Shown here: in pieces, positions 1 to 11,400 of the stretch
Numbering within the stretch: the stretch's first letter is position 1
How the letters are laid out: each line of letters begins with the position of its first letter
Virus record (IMG/VR): IMGVR_UViG_3300022227_000002
Location: 20,088-84,087 of that record
DNA length: 64,000 nt
Strand: one strand, 5' to 3'
Source: a virus
Notes under the pieces: model-generated
Database searches by the model: none
What the model saw: only the letters and a program-made list of their open reading frames with translations
Told to the model about the DNA's origin: nothing
Position numbers and translations under genes: made by a program

Positions 1-8
1 CAACTCAA

Positions 9-2513
9 ATGAGAGCCTATAATGGCGCAGATGCAGGTTTTGAAGTATCAAATAATATCAAAAAATCTGTTACCCAAGTAGATGTAGGAGAAGTAACAGC
101 CGATGGTGGTTATTCTGCAATTAAAAAAACAGAAGAAGCTAGAAAAATTTCTTTTCTAGAAGAAAACGCTCTTAACAAATATAGATCATTTAATACAATT
201 TTTACTTTAGCGGCTTTAAATTTTTATGAAGTTAATTTTCCTGAAATTTTATTAGAAAAAGGACCTGCTCATATTGTTGCTAAATCCGGTGGAGGTGGAA
301 AAAGAGTTACAAGTGCTGTAGGAATGGGCATGGACGGCGATTTAGAACTTTTTATAGATAGTGTTAATATTGATGCCATAGTTGCACCAAGTCCTAAAAA
401 TAAACATACTCAAGCGACAGGAGTATCTTTTACTGTAAAAGAACCTTATAGTATGGGAAAATTTTTAGAAACGTTGCATTTAGCCGCAATGGTAGCCAAT
501 GATGATGATGGGACAAAATCTACAAATTATTATAATTCTCCTTATGCTCTTATTATAGATTTTAAAGGTGAAAATGATGCAGGACAATTAGGTTATGGAA
601 AAGATGAAGGTGCATTAAGAAGAATAGTTCCTATAAGAATTACTGCGGCCGATTTTAATGTTACTGCTGGAGGAGCCACATATGAAGTTTCAGCAATACC
701 TTGGAATGAAGCGGCATTTTCAAGTAATGTAGAAAAAATTCCACATGATATTACATTAGATGGTACAACTGTTCATGAAGTTTTACAATCGGGTGAGTAT
801 AGTTTAATGAATCAACTTAATTTTAGAGGAATTCCTAAACCTGAAGTAGCAACATCAGGACGTAGTGCAGGACTCTTGAATATGTATGACGATATCTATC
901 TTACAATGAAAGAAAGAAAAGCAAATGATTATGTTATATGGTTTCCTACAGATAATGAATTAATTACACAAAGAACTGCTCCAGATATAGGAGAAATTCA
1001 AGTAGAACAAGCAACATTAAAATATAAAGGCAAGGGAAAAACAGAATGGCAGAATAATATGTCAAAAGTTCCAACTAGAAATAAAACAATAGAAACAATA
1101 TTCGGTGGCAAATTAAATGTTAGTCAAAGTTTAGGTAATGGAATTCAAGTAACTCAAGCAAGAGGTCGATCTGATTTTGGAGTTGCGGCATTTACAGGTA
1201 ATAACATAGGAAAAGCTAAAATGGTTACCGATGATAGTTTTTATGAAGCTTTAGGAAAAGCATTCCCAGATCCTGAATCTGAAAATCAATCGGTTGATGT
1301 TGGAGGTTTAAATTATTTGTATGATAAAAAGAATAAACTTTATCATAGAAATAAAGTTATTTTTGATGCTTCTTCAAAACATTTTACTTTTTTAGGAGGA
1401 ACACCAATTAGTGATATTATAGAACAAGTAATATTGTTAAGTGATTATGGTCATAGTATTGCTAAAAAAGAATCAGAGCCAGGAAAAACTGATTGGTTTA
1501 GAGTACAACCTAAAGTATTTCAAATGCAAGATTCTGCTATAGCTCAAGCTACTGGTCGACATCCACAAATATTTGCTTATACTTTAATAGTATACAAAGT
1601 TATATCTGATATATTTTTATCACCAACTGATCAAGCAAATGCTGTTGCAACATTAGACAACCAAGTTAAAAAAGCATACAATTATTATTATACAGGACAA
1701 AATTTAGATGTATTAGATTTTGATCTTTCATTTAAGTTTGCATTCTATCAACCTGTGCCTGCGGATAAAGGAGATACTCCTGCCAATCAAACATCAATGT
1801 CTAAAGGTGGAGTACTACAAAGTAAAGGTACATATGAAACTGGTACTGGCTCTTCAATGGATAAAGCTGTCATTGGAGAAGGGTTTGCAACACAACAAGG
1901 AGAATCTAAGGAAGGGTATGGCTCTCAAGATGAAACGCCAGCGGCAAGAGTTGCTAGACACTTTAATGATGTTATTATCAATAGTAGTGTTGATTTAGTA
2001 TCTTGTGACTTAACTATAATGGGAGATACATATTGGTTGCCTAATAGTGGACTAGGTAATTATACTCAACCATCAGGTTACGTATCTATAAACGACGAAG
2101 GCACAGTAAAAGGATTTGCAGATGCAGATGGTGATGCACCTTTTACAACTAGTCAAGTTTTATGTAAATTAAATTTTAGAACTCCATTTGATTATGCAAT
2201 GGATGAAACAGGAGGTCAAATGGCATTTCCTACAGCATCAGCAAAAGATAAAACTCAAAAAATAGGAGCATTCAGTGGCTTGTATAGAGTTTGGCAAGTT
2301 AAAAATGAATTTAATTCAGGAAAATTTGTTCAAATTTTATCAATGTTAAGAGTTAGAAATCAAGAAGTTAAAGTTAAAAGAGGAACAAAAGCCAATATCA
2401 AAAAAGCTGATAAGCCAAATCCTCACGCTGGCTGGAGTACAAATATAAAAACGTCAACAGGAGATGTGTATGCTGTAGGCGATGAATCGCTAGAAGAGAA
2501 AAAAGATTATTAG
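9..2513 (+). CDS. Putative baseplate hub / tail-associated structural protein (possibly 5'-truncated by the window edge)
   Basis: 834-aa ORF directly upstream of the gp5/PAAR/gp25/gp6 cluster, at the usual hub position. The frame has no stop between base 1 and the ATG at 9, so the true start may lie outside the window. Confidence 0.5.
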   Translation: MRAYNGADAGFEVSNNIKKSVTQVDVGEVTADGGYSAIKKTEEARKISFLEENALNKYRSFNTIFTLAALNFYEVNFPEILLEKGPAHIVAKSGGGGKRVTSAVGMGMDGDLELFIDSVNIDAIVAPSPKNKHTQATGVSFTVKEPYSMGKFLETLHLAAMVANDDDGTKSTNYYNSPYALIIDFKGENDAGQLGYGKDEGALRRIVPIRITAADFNVTAGGATYEVSAIPWNEAAFSSNVEKIPHDITLDGTTVHEVLQSGEYSLMNQLNFRGIPKPEVATSGRSAGLLNMYDDIYLTMKERKANDYVIWFPTDNELITQRTAPDIGEIQVEQATLKYKGKGKTEWQNNMSKVPTRNKTIETIFGGKLNVSQSLGNGIQVTQARGRSDFGVAAFTGNNIGKAKMVTDDSFYEALGKAFPDPESENQSVDVGGLNYLYDKKNKLYHRNKVIFDASSKHFTFLGGTPISDIIEQVILLSDYGHSIAKKESEPGKTDWFRVQPKVFQMQDSAIAQATGRHPQIFAYTLIVYKVISDIFLSPTDQANAVATLDNQVKKAYNYYYTGQNLDVLDFDLSFKFAFYQPVPADKGDTPANQTSMSKGGVLQSKGTYETGTGSSMDKAVIGEGFATQQGESKEGYGSQDETPAARVARHFNDVIINSSVDLVSCDLTIMGDTYWLPNSGLGNYTQPSGYVSINDEGTVKGFADADGDAPFTTSQVLCKLNFRTPFDYAMDETGGQMAFPTASAKDKTQKIGAFSGLYRVWQVKNEFNSGKFVQILSMLRVRNQEVKVKRGTKANIKKADKPNPHAGWSTNIKTSTGDVYAVGDESLEEKKDY

Positions 2514-2551
2514 CAAAAACCTTTTAAAGGCAAAAGTAGGATGAGTAGATA

Positions 2552-4066
2552 ATGGGAAAAATAGATAGAAGATCATCAAAGCAAATGAACGTAGGACTTA
2601 ATCCAGGTCCATATGAAGCTATTGTTAGAAATGTTTTAGATCCTAAATATAATGGATCTCTTGAAGTAGAATTGTTAAAAAGCACTGGATCAGGAAATGT
2701 TTCTAAAGCTTCGGGTCAAAGAGTAACTGCAAAATATTTGTATCCTTTTTATGGTGCAACATCTCCTAGTTCTGTATCTAATAATGTAGGTTATAAACAT
2801 AGTCAACAAAGTTATGGAATGTGGTTTGTTCCACCTGACGTAGGAAATATTGTTATGGTTATATTTGTTGAAGGTCATATTAACAAAGCATATTGGTTTG
2901 GATGTGTACAACAAGAGTTAATGAATTTTATGATTCCTGGACATTCAGCAACTACTAATACAGATATAGATCCAGAGGAAAGAGCAGGTGGCGAAAAGGT
3001 TCCTGTTGTAGAACATAATAAAGTTCGTTGGGGCACTCAAACAACAAATAAAGCTAATATGGTTAATTTGAAAAAACCTGTTAATGAAGATTTAGAAAAT
3101 GTTTTAAAAACTCAAGGACTGTTAGCAGATGAAACAAGAGGAATAACAACAAGTAGTGCTAGAAGAGAAGTTCCTTCTTCTGTATTTGGGATTAGTACTC
3201 CTGGACCTTTAGATAAAAAGACTGCTTCGTCAAATTTATCGAGATTAGGTGGAAGTACTTTTGTAATGGATGATGGGGACGATAAATTTATTAGAAAAAC
3301 TAGTGCAAGTGAAGGTCCTTCAGATTATTCTAATTTAGAGTTAGGAGATGATGACGGAGATACAGGTTTACCTCATAATGAATTAATTAGATTAAGAACT
3401 AGAACAGGTCATCAACTTTTATTTCACAATACAGAAGATTTAATTTATATAGGTAATGCAAAAGGAACTTCCTGGGTAGAATTAAGTTCTGATGGAAAAG
3501 TAGATGTATATGCAGAAGATAGTATAAGTTTTCATACAAAAAATGATTTTAACTTAACAGCAGATAGAGATATTACTATGGAAGCAGGTGGAAATATAAA
3601 CATTAAAGCAAGTGGACAAACTACTGCTGAAAAAGATACAAAAGGAAAAATTCAAATTGAATCTGCTTCAAAAACTAGTCTTGTAGTAGGTGAAGGAACA
3701 TATATTACAACAACAGGAAATTTAGAAGTTAATTCAACAGGTGAAACAAAAATTACATCAGGAGGAGGATCACATATTAACTCAGGTGGTAATCATTTAG
3801 AGACTGCACCAGAAATTCATATGAATGGTCCTGCGGCGGGTATAGCCATACAGGCTGTAGAACTTCCTACGCATAAATTACCTGGACATGAAGAATTACC
3901 TATATTAGCACAACGTTCACCACAGCATGAACCGTGGATACAACACGAAAATTTAAACCCTGTAGCATTTAAAAGTACATTAACAGATAGAGATAAAACA
4001 GAAACAGTTAAAAATGATCTAGAGATTACACCTATACCAGATACATTTAAAAACGCAAGGACTTAA
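2552..4066 (+). CDS. Baseplate central spike protein, gp5/VgrG-like (OB-fold plus C-terminal beta-helix)
   Basis: N-terminal OB-fold signature MWFVPPDVGNIVMVIFVEG...YWFGC; later beta-strand repeats (IRLRTRTGHQLLFH, SWVELSSDGKVDVYAEDSISFHT); followed by a PAAR gene. Confidence 0.8.
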   Translation: MGKIDRRSSKQMNVGLNPGPYEAIVRNVLDPKYNGSLEVELLKSTGSGNVSKASGQRVTAKYLYPFYGATSPSSVSNNVGYKHSQQSYGMWFVPPDVGNIVMVIFVEGHINKAYWFGCVQQELMNFMIPGHSATTNTDIDPEERAGGEKVPVVEHNKVRWGTQTTNKANMVNLKKPVNEDLENVLKTQGLLADETRGITTSSARREVPSSVFGISTPGPLDKKTASSNLSRLGGSTFVMDDGDDKFIRKTSASEGPSDYSNLELGDDDGDTGLPHNELIRLRTRTGHQLLFHNTEDLIYIGNAKGTSWVELSSDGKVDVYAEDSISFHTKNDFNLTADRDITMEAGGNINIKASGQTTAEKDTKGKIQIESASKTSLVVGEGTYITTTGNLEVNSTGETKITSGGGSHINSGGNHLETAPEIHMNGPAAGIAIQAVELPTHKLPGHEELPILAQRSPQHEPWIQHENLNPVAFKSTLTDRDKTETVKNDLEITPIPDTFKNART

Positions 4067-4070
4067 TATT

Positions 4071-4358
4071 ATGACTATACCAGTACATAGAGATACAGAT
4101 TCACGTGTTTGTGGAGCATCTACAACTGTTGCAGGTAATACAACTGTATTTGCTAATACTTTATTAGTATCAGTTGATAGTGATCCAAACAGTCATGGTG
4201 GAGGATCTTTAACAGCAACAAGTAATGCTGTTTTTGCCAATAATAAATTAGTGGTACATAACGCACCAGATTCTGCTTCACCAGATGCATTATGTCCTAT
4301 CCCACCGCATTGTGGGCCTGATACTTCACAAGGATCACCTGATGTATTCACGGGTTAA
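4071..4358 (+). CDS. PAAR-like spike tip protein (gp5.4-like)
   Basis: 95 aa, PAAR-type repeats (VHRDTDSRVCG, VFANTLLVSVDSD, VFANNKLVVH), Cys/His metal ligands, ending GSPDVFTG; directly after the spike gene. Confidence 0.8.
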   Translation: MTIPVHRDTDSRVCGASTTVAGNTTVFANTLLVSVDSDPNSHGGGSLTATSNAVFANNKLVVHNAPDSASPDALCPIPPHCGPDTSQGSPDVFTG

Positions 4359-4367
4359 TTTGAAGGT

Positions 4368-4373
4368 TAAATA
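4368..4373 (+). promoter_or_regulatory. T4-type late promoter core TAAATA, 5 nt before the gp25 ATG
   Basis: TAAATA-attat-ATG; the same motif recurs before many structural genes. Confidence 0.6.
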
Positions 4374-4378
4374 ATTAT

Positions 4379-4825
4379 ATGAGCACAAAAGAAAAAGCAT
4401 TGTACAAACAAATTGAAGTTAAGTCTAAAAACAAAGATAAGGCTTTAACTACCCAAAAATCTTATAAAGGAATTAGTACTGCTAATCCAGATAATACTAG
4501 TTTTACACTTCATAATATTGCTTTAATTAAGCAAGACATAATTAATCATTTTCATATTACTCAAGGGGAAAAATTAGAAAATCCAGAGTTTGGAACAATT
4601 ATTTGGGACGCAATTCATGAGCCATTAACGGATGATTTAAAAGAAGCATTAACAAAAAATGTTACTGAAATAATCAATTATGACCCTAGAGTAAAAGTTA
4701 ATGATGTGGTTATAACTCAATACGAAAGCGGACTTCAAATTGAATGTGATTTAACTTATCTTGCTTACAACATATCTGAAGCAATGATGATGAAATTTGA
4801 TGAGGAGGCTGGGTTAATAAATTAA
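4379..4825 (+). CDS. Baseplate wedge protein gp25-like (GPW/gp25 family)
   Basis: LIKQDIINHFHITQGEKLENPEFGTIIWDAIHEP...YDPRVKV matches the gp25 family pattern (GERxxxPEFG...DPRV). Confidence 0.85.
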   Translation: MSTKEKALYKQIEVKSKNKDKALTTQKSYKGISTANPDNTSFTLHNIALIKQDIINHFHITQGEKLENPEFGTIIWDAIHEPLTDDLKEALTKNVTEIINYDPRVKVNDVVITQYESGLQIECDLTYLAYNISEAMMMKFDEEAGLIN

Positions 4826-4874
4826 CAGAGCAGTTAACTAACACAAATAAATATGTTTAAAACAGGATAAAACA

Positions 4875-4985
4875 ATGATAGCAAGTTTTGTATATACAGC
4901 GTCAAATAGTTATATTACTACAATAATAACCCATACCGATGGTACAGTCCATACGGTTGTTAAACCTAAACCTAAAGGAAAATAA
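4875..4985 (+). CDS. Small 36-aa ORF (MIASFVYTASNSYITTIITHTDGTVHTVVKPKPKGK), absent from the ORF track
   Basis: TAAATA at 4848-4853, AGGA SD-like site upstream of ATG 4875, and its TAA overlaps the gp6 ATG (TAATG). Confidence 0.55.
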   Translation: MIASFVYTASNSYITTIITHTDGTVHTVVKPKPKGK

Positions 4986-7900
4986 TGTCATCTACAAATA
5001 GACAAAATAGATTGTTATTAGCAGAAGATTGGGAGAGAGTTTATCAATCTTATAGAAATGCAGAGTTTAAAAGTTACGATTTTGATACAATTCGTAGAAC
5101 GCTTATTAATTACATAAGACAAAATTATCCAGAAGATTTTAACGATTATATAGAATCAAGTGAGTATCTTGCATTAATAGATATGATTGCGTTTTTAGGT
5201 CAAAATATTGCTTACAGAATAGACTTAAATGCAAGAGAAAATTTTATAGAATTATCTGAACGAAGAGAATCAGTTTTAAGATTAGCTAGACTATTAAGTT
5301 ATAATGCTAGAAGAAATCAAGCGGCAAATGGAATTATTAAAGTAGAAACAGTTTCTACTACAGAAAATATAATGGATAGTAATAATTTAAATCTATCAGG
5401 ACAAACTGTTACTTGGAATGATCCTGGTAATGTAAATTGGTATGAACAATTTGTAAAAGTTTTAAATTCTGCATTACCAGTTAATGAAAAATTTGGGAAA
5501 CCAGTTAAAAAAGATACGATAGATGGTATACCTACAAATACATATAGATTTGCTTCTATAGGAACAGATGTTCCAGTGTTTAATTTTTCAAAACAAGTAG
5601 ATGGAAGAAATACAGATTTTGAAATAGTATCAACTACTACAGAAAATTCATCTATTATAGAAGAAGTACCATTGGCAGGTAGAGCAGTATCTATGATTCA
5701 CAGAGATGACGGTAAAGGTAGTGGTAGTAATAATACTGGATTTTTTATGCATTTTAGACAAGGTATAATGGATGTAGGTAATTTTAATGTTACTACTCCA
5801 AGTTCTAATCAAGCAATTAATATTGATGCTACAAATATTAATGATACAGATGTTTGGTTATATTCTACAAATGCTAATGGCATTGAAACTAATCTTTGGA
5901 CAAAACTTTCAGCAACAGAAGGAAATAATGTAGTTTACAATAGTACAATTAAATCAATTAAAAACATTTATTCTGCAGTTACTAAAACAGACGATAGAGT
6001 ATCATTACAATTTTCTGATGGAACTTTTGGAAATTTACCTCAAGGATCTTTTAAAGTTTATTATAGAACAAGTGATAACAGATCATTTAGAATAGTTCCA
6101 GATGATATGCAAAATGTTGAAATAGATATTCCATATATTAGTGAAAATGGAAAATCGGAAACATTAACAATGGCATTTTCATTAAAATATACTGTAGACA
6201 ATGCTACTATAAGTGAAACAAATGACAACATACGAGCTAATGCACCTTCTACGTATTACACACAAAATAGAATGGTTACAGCAGAAGATTATAATATTTC
6301 TCCTATGGCAGTTAATCAAGAAATTTTAAAAGTTAAATCAGTAAACAGAGTATCAAGCGGTGTGTCTAGATATTTTGATTTAATTGATAGCACAGGAAAG
6401 TATAGTAATACTAATTTATATGGTAATGATGGAATAATTTATAAAGAAGAATTAGACGATTTAGGTACATTTACTTTTACTACAAGAACAGACATTGAAG
6501 GAAATCTTATTAATACAATTGAACCAGGATTGTCAACTAAAAGAGTTTATAACTTTTATACTGATAAATTTCCAAAAATTTTATTAACTGATATTAATCC
6601 AGTATGGACTCAAGTATCTAAAGCAACAAATCAAAGTACAGGTAATTTACAAGATGCAAATTCAACAAAATATCAAGTAGGAACATATACAGCAAGTCAA
6701 TTAAAATATATTGAAGCTGGTGCTCTTTGTAAATTTGAAGCACCAACAGGCTATCATATTATGTCTGATGGAACATTAATGGCGGGTGCGGCGGACCATG
6801 CCGGAGCATCTACTTATAAATGGACAGGAGTAGTTAGTGTTTCTACAGATGGTACAACTGACCTTGCAGATGGTTCAGGTGCAATTAAATTTAATGATAT
6901 TATACCAAGTACTGCAATATTAACACAAATTATTCCTAAATTTAACAAGTATCTAAGTACTGATGTTAAAACACAAATAATTGATCAAATATTTGCATAT
7001 AAAACTTTTGGATTAAGATATGATTTGTCTACTAGAAAATGGAAACTTGTAGATGAAAATAATTTAAATCTTTTTGGTGCGTTTAGTACAGGAAAAACAG
7101 GAGATACTAGTAATGCACAATTAGATGCAAGTTGGCTTCTTAAATTTACTAACAATGGAGAAACGTATACTATGACATCAAGAGGTATGCGTTATGTATT
7201 TGAAAGTGATAAAGAAATTAGATTCTTTTATGATAGTGCAGATAGAAATTTTGATTATAAATCAGGAAAAATATTACAAGACAGAATTTCTGTATTAAGC
7301 ATAAACACTGCTCCAGATGTAATAACACCTATGAATAATGAAGTTGCATTTGATATTACAAAAGAATATAGAAATACAGATGGCTATGTAGACAGTAAAA
7401 AAATAGAATTAACGCATTATGATTCAGATCAAGATGGTATTGTAGATAACCCAACTGCATTTGATGACGTCGTTGCTTCTTCTGTAAACAGTTCTACGAA
7501 ATATATTTTCCAAAAGAAATATACTTCTAATAATATAGAAGAATGGAGATATATTAATGCTACGGCAGAACTTATTTTTGTAAGACAAAATAATAGCTCT
7601 ATAGGAGCATATAGTACCTATACTGATGATAGTATAATTTATTTGATAGATGATGATGCATTTAAAATAGTAAATGGTACTAATAATACACTTACAGATA
7701 CAACAAATTATAAAGTTCATGTAGGTCGAGACAAACTTAAATTTCAATATGTACATACTGTAGATAGTAATACACGATTAGATGCTAGTTCAACTAATAT
7801 TATGGATTTATATATGGTAACTAAAACATTTGATATAAATTTTAGACAATGGTTAAACGGTACACTTACTACAAAACCTTTACCACCTAGTAGTGATGCA

Positions 7901-8428
7901 TTGTATACTAGTTACAGCACACAACTTAATTCTATAAAATCAATTAGTGATGAAATTATATATCATCCTGTAAAATATAAAATTTTATTTGGGTCTCAAG
8001 CTGAAACAGATTTACAAGCCTCATTTAAAATTGTTAAAAATGCTTTAGAAGTTACAAATGATAGTGATATTAAAAGTAGAGTACTAACAGCTATTGGTCA
8101 ATTCTTTGAATTAGACCATTGGGATTTTGGTGATACATTTTATTTTTCAGAATTGAGTACATATGTAATGAATGAACTAGCTCCAGATATTTCAACTTTC
8201 ATTATTGTCCCTAATGAATCTACACAAAGTTTTGGTAGTCTTTATGAAGTTAAATCAGAAAATGATGAAATCTTTGTTAGTGGGGCAACCTTAGACAATA
8301 TAGAAATTATAGATGCCGTGACGGCGGCTAAAATTAAAGCATCTGGCAAAGTTGTGTCAACTACATCCTCAACCAGTACTGGAGTGACAAGTAATACAAC
8401 TGGGACCAGCACTGGAAGTGGATACTAA
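4985..8428 (+). CDS. Baseplate wedge subunit, gp6-like
   Basis: N-terminus YDFDTIRRTLINYIRQNYPEDFNDYIESSEYLALIDMIAFLGQ...RENF and TQNRMVTAEDY are gp6/baseplate-J-like signatures; follows gp25. Confidence 0.8.
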   Translation: MSSTNRQNRLLLAEDWERVYQSYRNAEFKSYDFDTIRRTLINYIRQNYPEDFNDYIESSEYLALIDMIAFLGQNIAYRIDLNARENFIELSERRESVLRLARLLSYNARRNQAANGIIKVETVSTTENIMDSNNLNLSGQTVTWNDPGNVNWYEQFVKVLNSALPVNEKFGKPVKKDTIDGIPTNTYRFASIGTDVPVFNFSKQVDGRNTDFEIVSTTTENSSIIEEVPLAGRAVSMIHRDDGKGSGSNNTGFFMHFRQGIMDVGNFNVTTPSSNQAINIDATNINDTDVWLYSTNANGIETNLWTKLSATEGNNVVYNSTIKSIKNIYSAVTKTDDRVSLQFSDGTFGNLPQGSFKVYYRTSDNRSFRIVPDDMQNVEIDIPYISENGKSETLTMAFSLKYTVDNATISETNDNIRANAPSTYYTQNRMVTAEDYNISPMAVNQEILKVKSVNRVSSGVSRYFDLIDSTGKYSNTNLYGNDGIIYKEELDDLGTFTFTTRTDIEGNLINTIEPGLSTKRVYNFYTDKFPKILLTDINPVWTQVSKATNQSTGNLQDANSTKYQVGTYTASQLKYIEAGALCKFEAPTGYHIMSDGTLMAGAADHAGASTYKWTGVVSVSTDGTTDLADGSGAIKFNDIIPSTAILTQIIPKFNKYLSTDVKTQIIDQIFAYKTFGLRYDLSTRKWKLVDENNLNLFGAFSTGKTGDTSNAQLDASWLLKFTNNGETYTMTSRGMRYVFESDKEIRFFYDSADRNFDYKSGKILQDRISVLSINTAPDVITPMNNEVAFDITKEYRNTDGYVDSKKIELTHYDSDQDGIVDNPTAFDDVVASSVNSSTKYIFQKKYTSNNIEEWRYINATAELIFVRQNNSSIGAYSTYTDDSIIYLIDDDAFKIVNGTNNTLTDTTNYKVHVGRDKLKFQYVHTVDSNTRLDASSTNIMDLYMVTKTFDINFRQWLNGTLTTKPLPPSSDALYTSYSTQLNSIKSISDEIIYHPVKYKILFGSQAETDLQASFKIVKNALEVTNDSDIKSRVLTAIGQFFELDHWDFGDTFYFSELSTYVMNELAPDISTFIIVPNESTQSFGSLYEVKSENDEIFVSGATLDNIEIIDAVTAAKIKASGKVVSTTSSTSTGVTSNTTGTSTGSGY

Positions 8429-11400
8429 TGGCATACGATAAAGATCAAAAAGAATTTCCATTACCCGCAGGAGATGAGTCAAACTCTTTACGCAAGACGT
8501 CTGAGTTTTTACCCAGGTATTTTAGAACACCGGTAAATGAAAAATTCCTTCATAGTACTTTAGATCAATTATTATCTCCTGGATCGGTCCAAAAATTAAC
8601 TGCTTATTATGGTAGAAAATCTAGTAAAGCACATACTACTAGTGATGTTTATGTACCTGAAGTTTCAGCTGATAGAGAAAATTACAAATTAGAGCCTTCT
8701 ACATTAATTAAAGATAATTTAGAACAAACAGTATTTCATAAAGATTATATTGACTATATTAATCAAATTAAAGCATTAGGTGGTAATGCAGATGATCATA
8801 GTATTCTTAATAAACAAGAATTCTATGCTTGGTCTCCACATATTTGTTGGGACAAGTTTTATAATTTTAGAGAATATTATTGGATGCCTTATGGTCCACT
8901 AACTATTTCAATTGCCGGACAACAACAAAATATTACAAGTACCTATACTGTAGAAGTTAAAAATAATGTAGATAGCTATGCGTATTTGTTTACACCTGAT
9001 GGATTAACTCAAAATCCAAATTTAAAATTATATAGAGGTCAAACTTATATTTTTGATGTATCTACAGCTGGTTTACCTTTTACAATTAAAACTGTTAGAT
9101 CATTAAGTGATGATTATCTTTATACTAACGGTGTTTCAGCACAAAAAGTAGAATCAGGATTAGTTGCTTTTCAAGTTCCAGAATCAGCTCCAGATTTATT
9201 GTATTATGGTGCAAGTAATGACATTAATGTATTTGGAGAATTAAGAATTCATAATATAAGTGAAAATACTTACATAAACGTAGATACAGATGTTATAGGT
9301 AAAAAAACTTATACTCTTACTGATGGAACAGAACTTTCAAATGGAATGAAAGTTCATTTTACTGGTAATGTAACGCCAACAAAATATGCATCGGATGATT
9401 GGTATGTTGAAGGTGTAGGTACTGCTATTCAATTAATAAATGAAAAAGATTTAGAAATTTCAAGCATTTATTCTCAAACTTTTGACGTTCCATTTGATAC
9501 ACAAAAATTTGACAGAGTAGGTTTTGGAACAGCAACAACTTATGCAATTGCAAAAGACTATGTTGTAATTAATAAAGGATCTTTAGATAAAAATCCTTGG
9601 TCACGTTATAATAGATGGACTCATAAATCAGTAATAGAATCAAGTGCAAAAGTTAATCAAGAAATCCCTACATTTGATGAAAGTTTAAGAGCTAAACGTC
9701 CTGTTATAGAATTTGAAGCGGGATTAAAATTACATGAATACGGAACTAAAGCTAAAGATAGTATTGACTTAATAGATACAGCAACAACAGATGTAATGTC
9801 AACTATTGAAGGTTCTATAGGATACTATGTAGATGGAACTTTACTTGTAGAAGGTATGCGAGTATTGTTTACTGCTGACACAGATTTAACTGTTAATAAT
9901 AAAATTTATACTGTAAAAATTATAACCATAACTTCAAATGGTGTTGCTACAAAACAAATTGCTCTTCAAGAAGCCGCAGATACTACACCAAATACTAATG
10001 ATGTTGTTTTAATTAAAAATGGAACAAAAAACATTGGTAAAATGTATTATTATGATGGTTCAAAATGGAAAATAACACAATCAAAAACTAAAGTAAATCA
10101 ATCTCCATTATTTGATTTATTTGATAGTAATGGTATAAGTTATGCAAATACAACAACTTATACAAGTACAAATTTTCCTGGAAATAAAATTTTTAGTTAT
10201 AAAGAAGGAACAGGAACTAATGATACAGAATTAGGATTTCCTTTAACATATCAAAGTGTCACTAATATGGGGGACATTGTTTTTAATTTTAATTTAATAA
10301 ATGAAACATTTTCTTATCAAACAGCAGATACATTAACAACAATTGATACTAATACGGGTTTGTTAAGAAAATATTCTGATTTAGCTACTTTTAAAGTTAT
10401 ATCTGGCTGGGAAACTGCAGATGTTAAAAGCAGTCAAAGAGTTATTAGACAATATGATGTGTCTACGCAAGTAAATGATTTTGCAGTAGATGTATATGAA
10501 AGAAGTGGCGATATAAATGATTTAAGTGTTAAAGTTTTTGTTAATCATAAAATTAAAAGAGATACAATTGATTATGCTATTAATAGAATTAATGGTATTG
10601 CATATATTAGATTTACAAAAGATTTAATAGCAGGTGATATAGTTATTTTAAAAACTAAAAGTGCTACAAAGAAAAATACAAATGGATATTATGAATTTCC
10701 TAAAAATCTTGAATCTAATCCATTAAACAACAAAGTATCTACATTTACTTTAGGACAAGTAGGAGATCACGTTAATTCAATTGTAGAAGAAGTTCCAGGA
10801 TTTATTGGGGTTTCACCAGGTAGTAATAATTTAAGAGATTTAGGTATTATTTCTAAATATGGTAGAAAATTTTTACAGCATTCAGGATTAACAAATCTTG
10901 CTATATATCATCTTTGCAACAAAGAGAATAATATAGTTAAAGCAATAAGATATTCTCAAAATGAATATGGTAAATTTAAAAGACAATTTATAGAACAAGC
11001 TAAAAATTTAGGAATGGATGGAACACCAGCTAATATGGTGGATGAAGTTCTTAGAAGAATTAATAAAGATAAAACTAAAAGTATGCCTTTTTATTTTACC
11101 GATATGGTGGGTGCAGGCGGTTCTAAAAAAACATCAATTACAGTAGGAGATCCGGGTAATCCATATTACGCATTAACAAATACATTTTCGTTAAGTGAAT
11201 TAAGTGATAAGTCAGTATTAGTTTATAAAAATGATGTACAATTATTACATGATACTGATTATGTGTTTAATAGTGAAGGCTTTATTCAAATAAAAACAAC
11301 TTTATTAAAAAATGATAAACTTGCTATTGTAGAATATGACACAACAAATGGTTCATATATTCCTGCAACTCCAACTAAATTAGGTTTATATCCTAAATCT

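Noticed and set aside
2541-2552. Three-codon mini-ORF ATG AGT AGA TAA overlapping the spike ATG
   Set aside because: Easily arises by chance; no supporting evidence beyond the TAATG overlap.
2552-8428. Type VI secretion or extracellular contractile injection system reading of the VgrG/PAAR/gp25/gp6 genes
   Set aside because: There are no T6SS membrane-complex or ClpV genes; the context has tail-collar fibres, T4-like RNase H and TAAATA late motifs, indicating a phage tail.
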